This document shows positions 63,225 to 64,000 of a stretch of 64,000 nt of DNA, piece by piece. Each line of letters opens with the position of its first letter. The first letter of the stretch is position 1. Origin of the DNA: Octopus sinensis (taxonomy: Eukaryota); NCBI RefSeq assembly GCF_006345805.1, contig NC_043014.1, positions 12,276,001 through 12,340,000 on the forward strand. The letters are read 5' to 3'. Below the pieces are notes generated by a model, which worked only from the letters and a program-made list of their open reading frames with translations, did not search any database and was not told the DNA's origin. A program made the translations under genes and the position numbers.

Positions 63225-63585
63225 AGGTACTTATTCTACCAGTCACTTTTGCCAAACTGCTAAGTTATGGAGGTGTAAACAAACCAACAAATATACTACG
63301 AACCACATGGTTCCGGGTTCAGTCCCACTGCACGGAAACTGAAAGAAGCCCGTCGTATATGTATGTACATGTACATATGTTTATGTGTATGTGTTTGTAC
63401 CCCAACATTGCTTGACAATCGATGCTGGTACGATTACATCCCCGTAACTTAGCGGTTCGGCAAAAGACCCGACAGAATAAATACTAGGCTTACAAAGAAT
63501 AAGTCCTGGGGGCGATTTGCATGACTAAAGGTGGTGCTCCAGCATGGCCACAGTCAAATGACTGAAACAAGTAAGAGACTAAAAG
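63225..63585 (+). mobile_element. Rearranged CORE-type SINE
   Basis: Family match with internal deletion. Confidence 0.75.
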
Positions 63586-63619
63586 ATAGAGAGAGGAAGA
63601 TGGATATAGTTTTACTTAC

Positions 63620-63697
63620 TTCAGCCTTTTCAGCTTTCCATTCATACTTTTCCAACTTTTCGGACTGCAATATCTTTTCACGTTTCAGTTTTTTCAG
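63620..63697 (-). CDS. Most upstream exon in window of the coiled-coil gene
   Basis: tttttctag| and |gtaagt; phase 0-0; LKKLKREKILQSEKLEKYEWKAEKAE. Confidence 0.88.
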
Positions 63698-63754
63698 CTA
63701 GAAAAACAAAAGCATTGAGTACATTACTTTGTTAAACATAATGCTTATTTATTT

Positions 63755-64000
63755 AATCGAAATTGAACCAAATTGACTGGCACCGGCAGTTGCCAGGAGC
63801 CCTGGACTGGTGGTACGTAAAAAGTGCTATCCGAATCGTGGCCGATGCCAGCGTCACTTCGACTGGCTTCCGTGCTAGTGGCACATAAAAAGCACCATCC
63901 GAATTGTGGCCGATGCCAGTGCCGCCTCGACTGGCTTCCGTGCCGGTAGCATGTAAAATGCACCAATCGCCTGGCACCTGTGCAGGTGGCACATAAAAAG
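63755..64000 (+). mobile_element. RTE 3' UTR tandem units, truncated by window end
   Basis: gtgccggtggcac units. Confidence 0.78.

Overview
AT-rich, repeat-dense eukaryotic DNA with one 100-N gap. The repeats (tRNA-derived CORE-type and Meta-type SINEs, RTE 3' ends with (GAT)n tails) point to an octopus or close cephalopod. Two convergent spliced genes can be assembled by hand from phase-compatible GT-AG exons. One is a + strand mucin-like type I membrane protein with a Cys-rich juxtamembrane/TM tail (best exons 22055-28055). The other is a - strand coiled-coil protein (exons 63697 down to about 35929) that continues beyond the window. Everything else is microsatellites and decayed mobile DNA: Penelope-like, Tx1/L1, RTE, R4/Dong, CRE, CR1/L2, Gypsy pol and solo LTRs, Tc1/mariner, hAT, piggyBac-type MITEs, Chapaev-like and Helitrons. 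The least-explained signals are: (1) five minimal type I hammerhead-ribozyme motifs in different Penelope pseudo-LTR-like repeats plus one type III-like motif, each with a core lesion in this copy; (2) a Tx1/L1-clade LINE whose last about 60 nt match the 3' tail of the abundant Meta-type SINE; (3) tail-out fold-back retro-insertions inside single target-site duplications, which form long near-perfect dsRNA stems in introns of the - strand gene. Repeat boundaries are approximate unless a TSD is quoted. No database searches were run.
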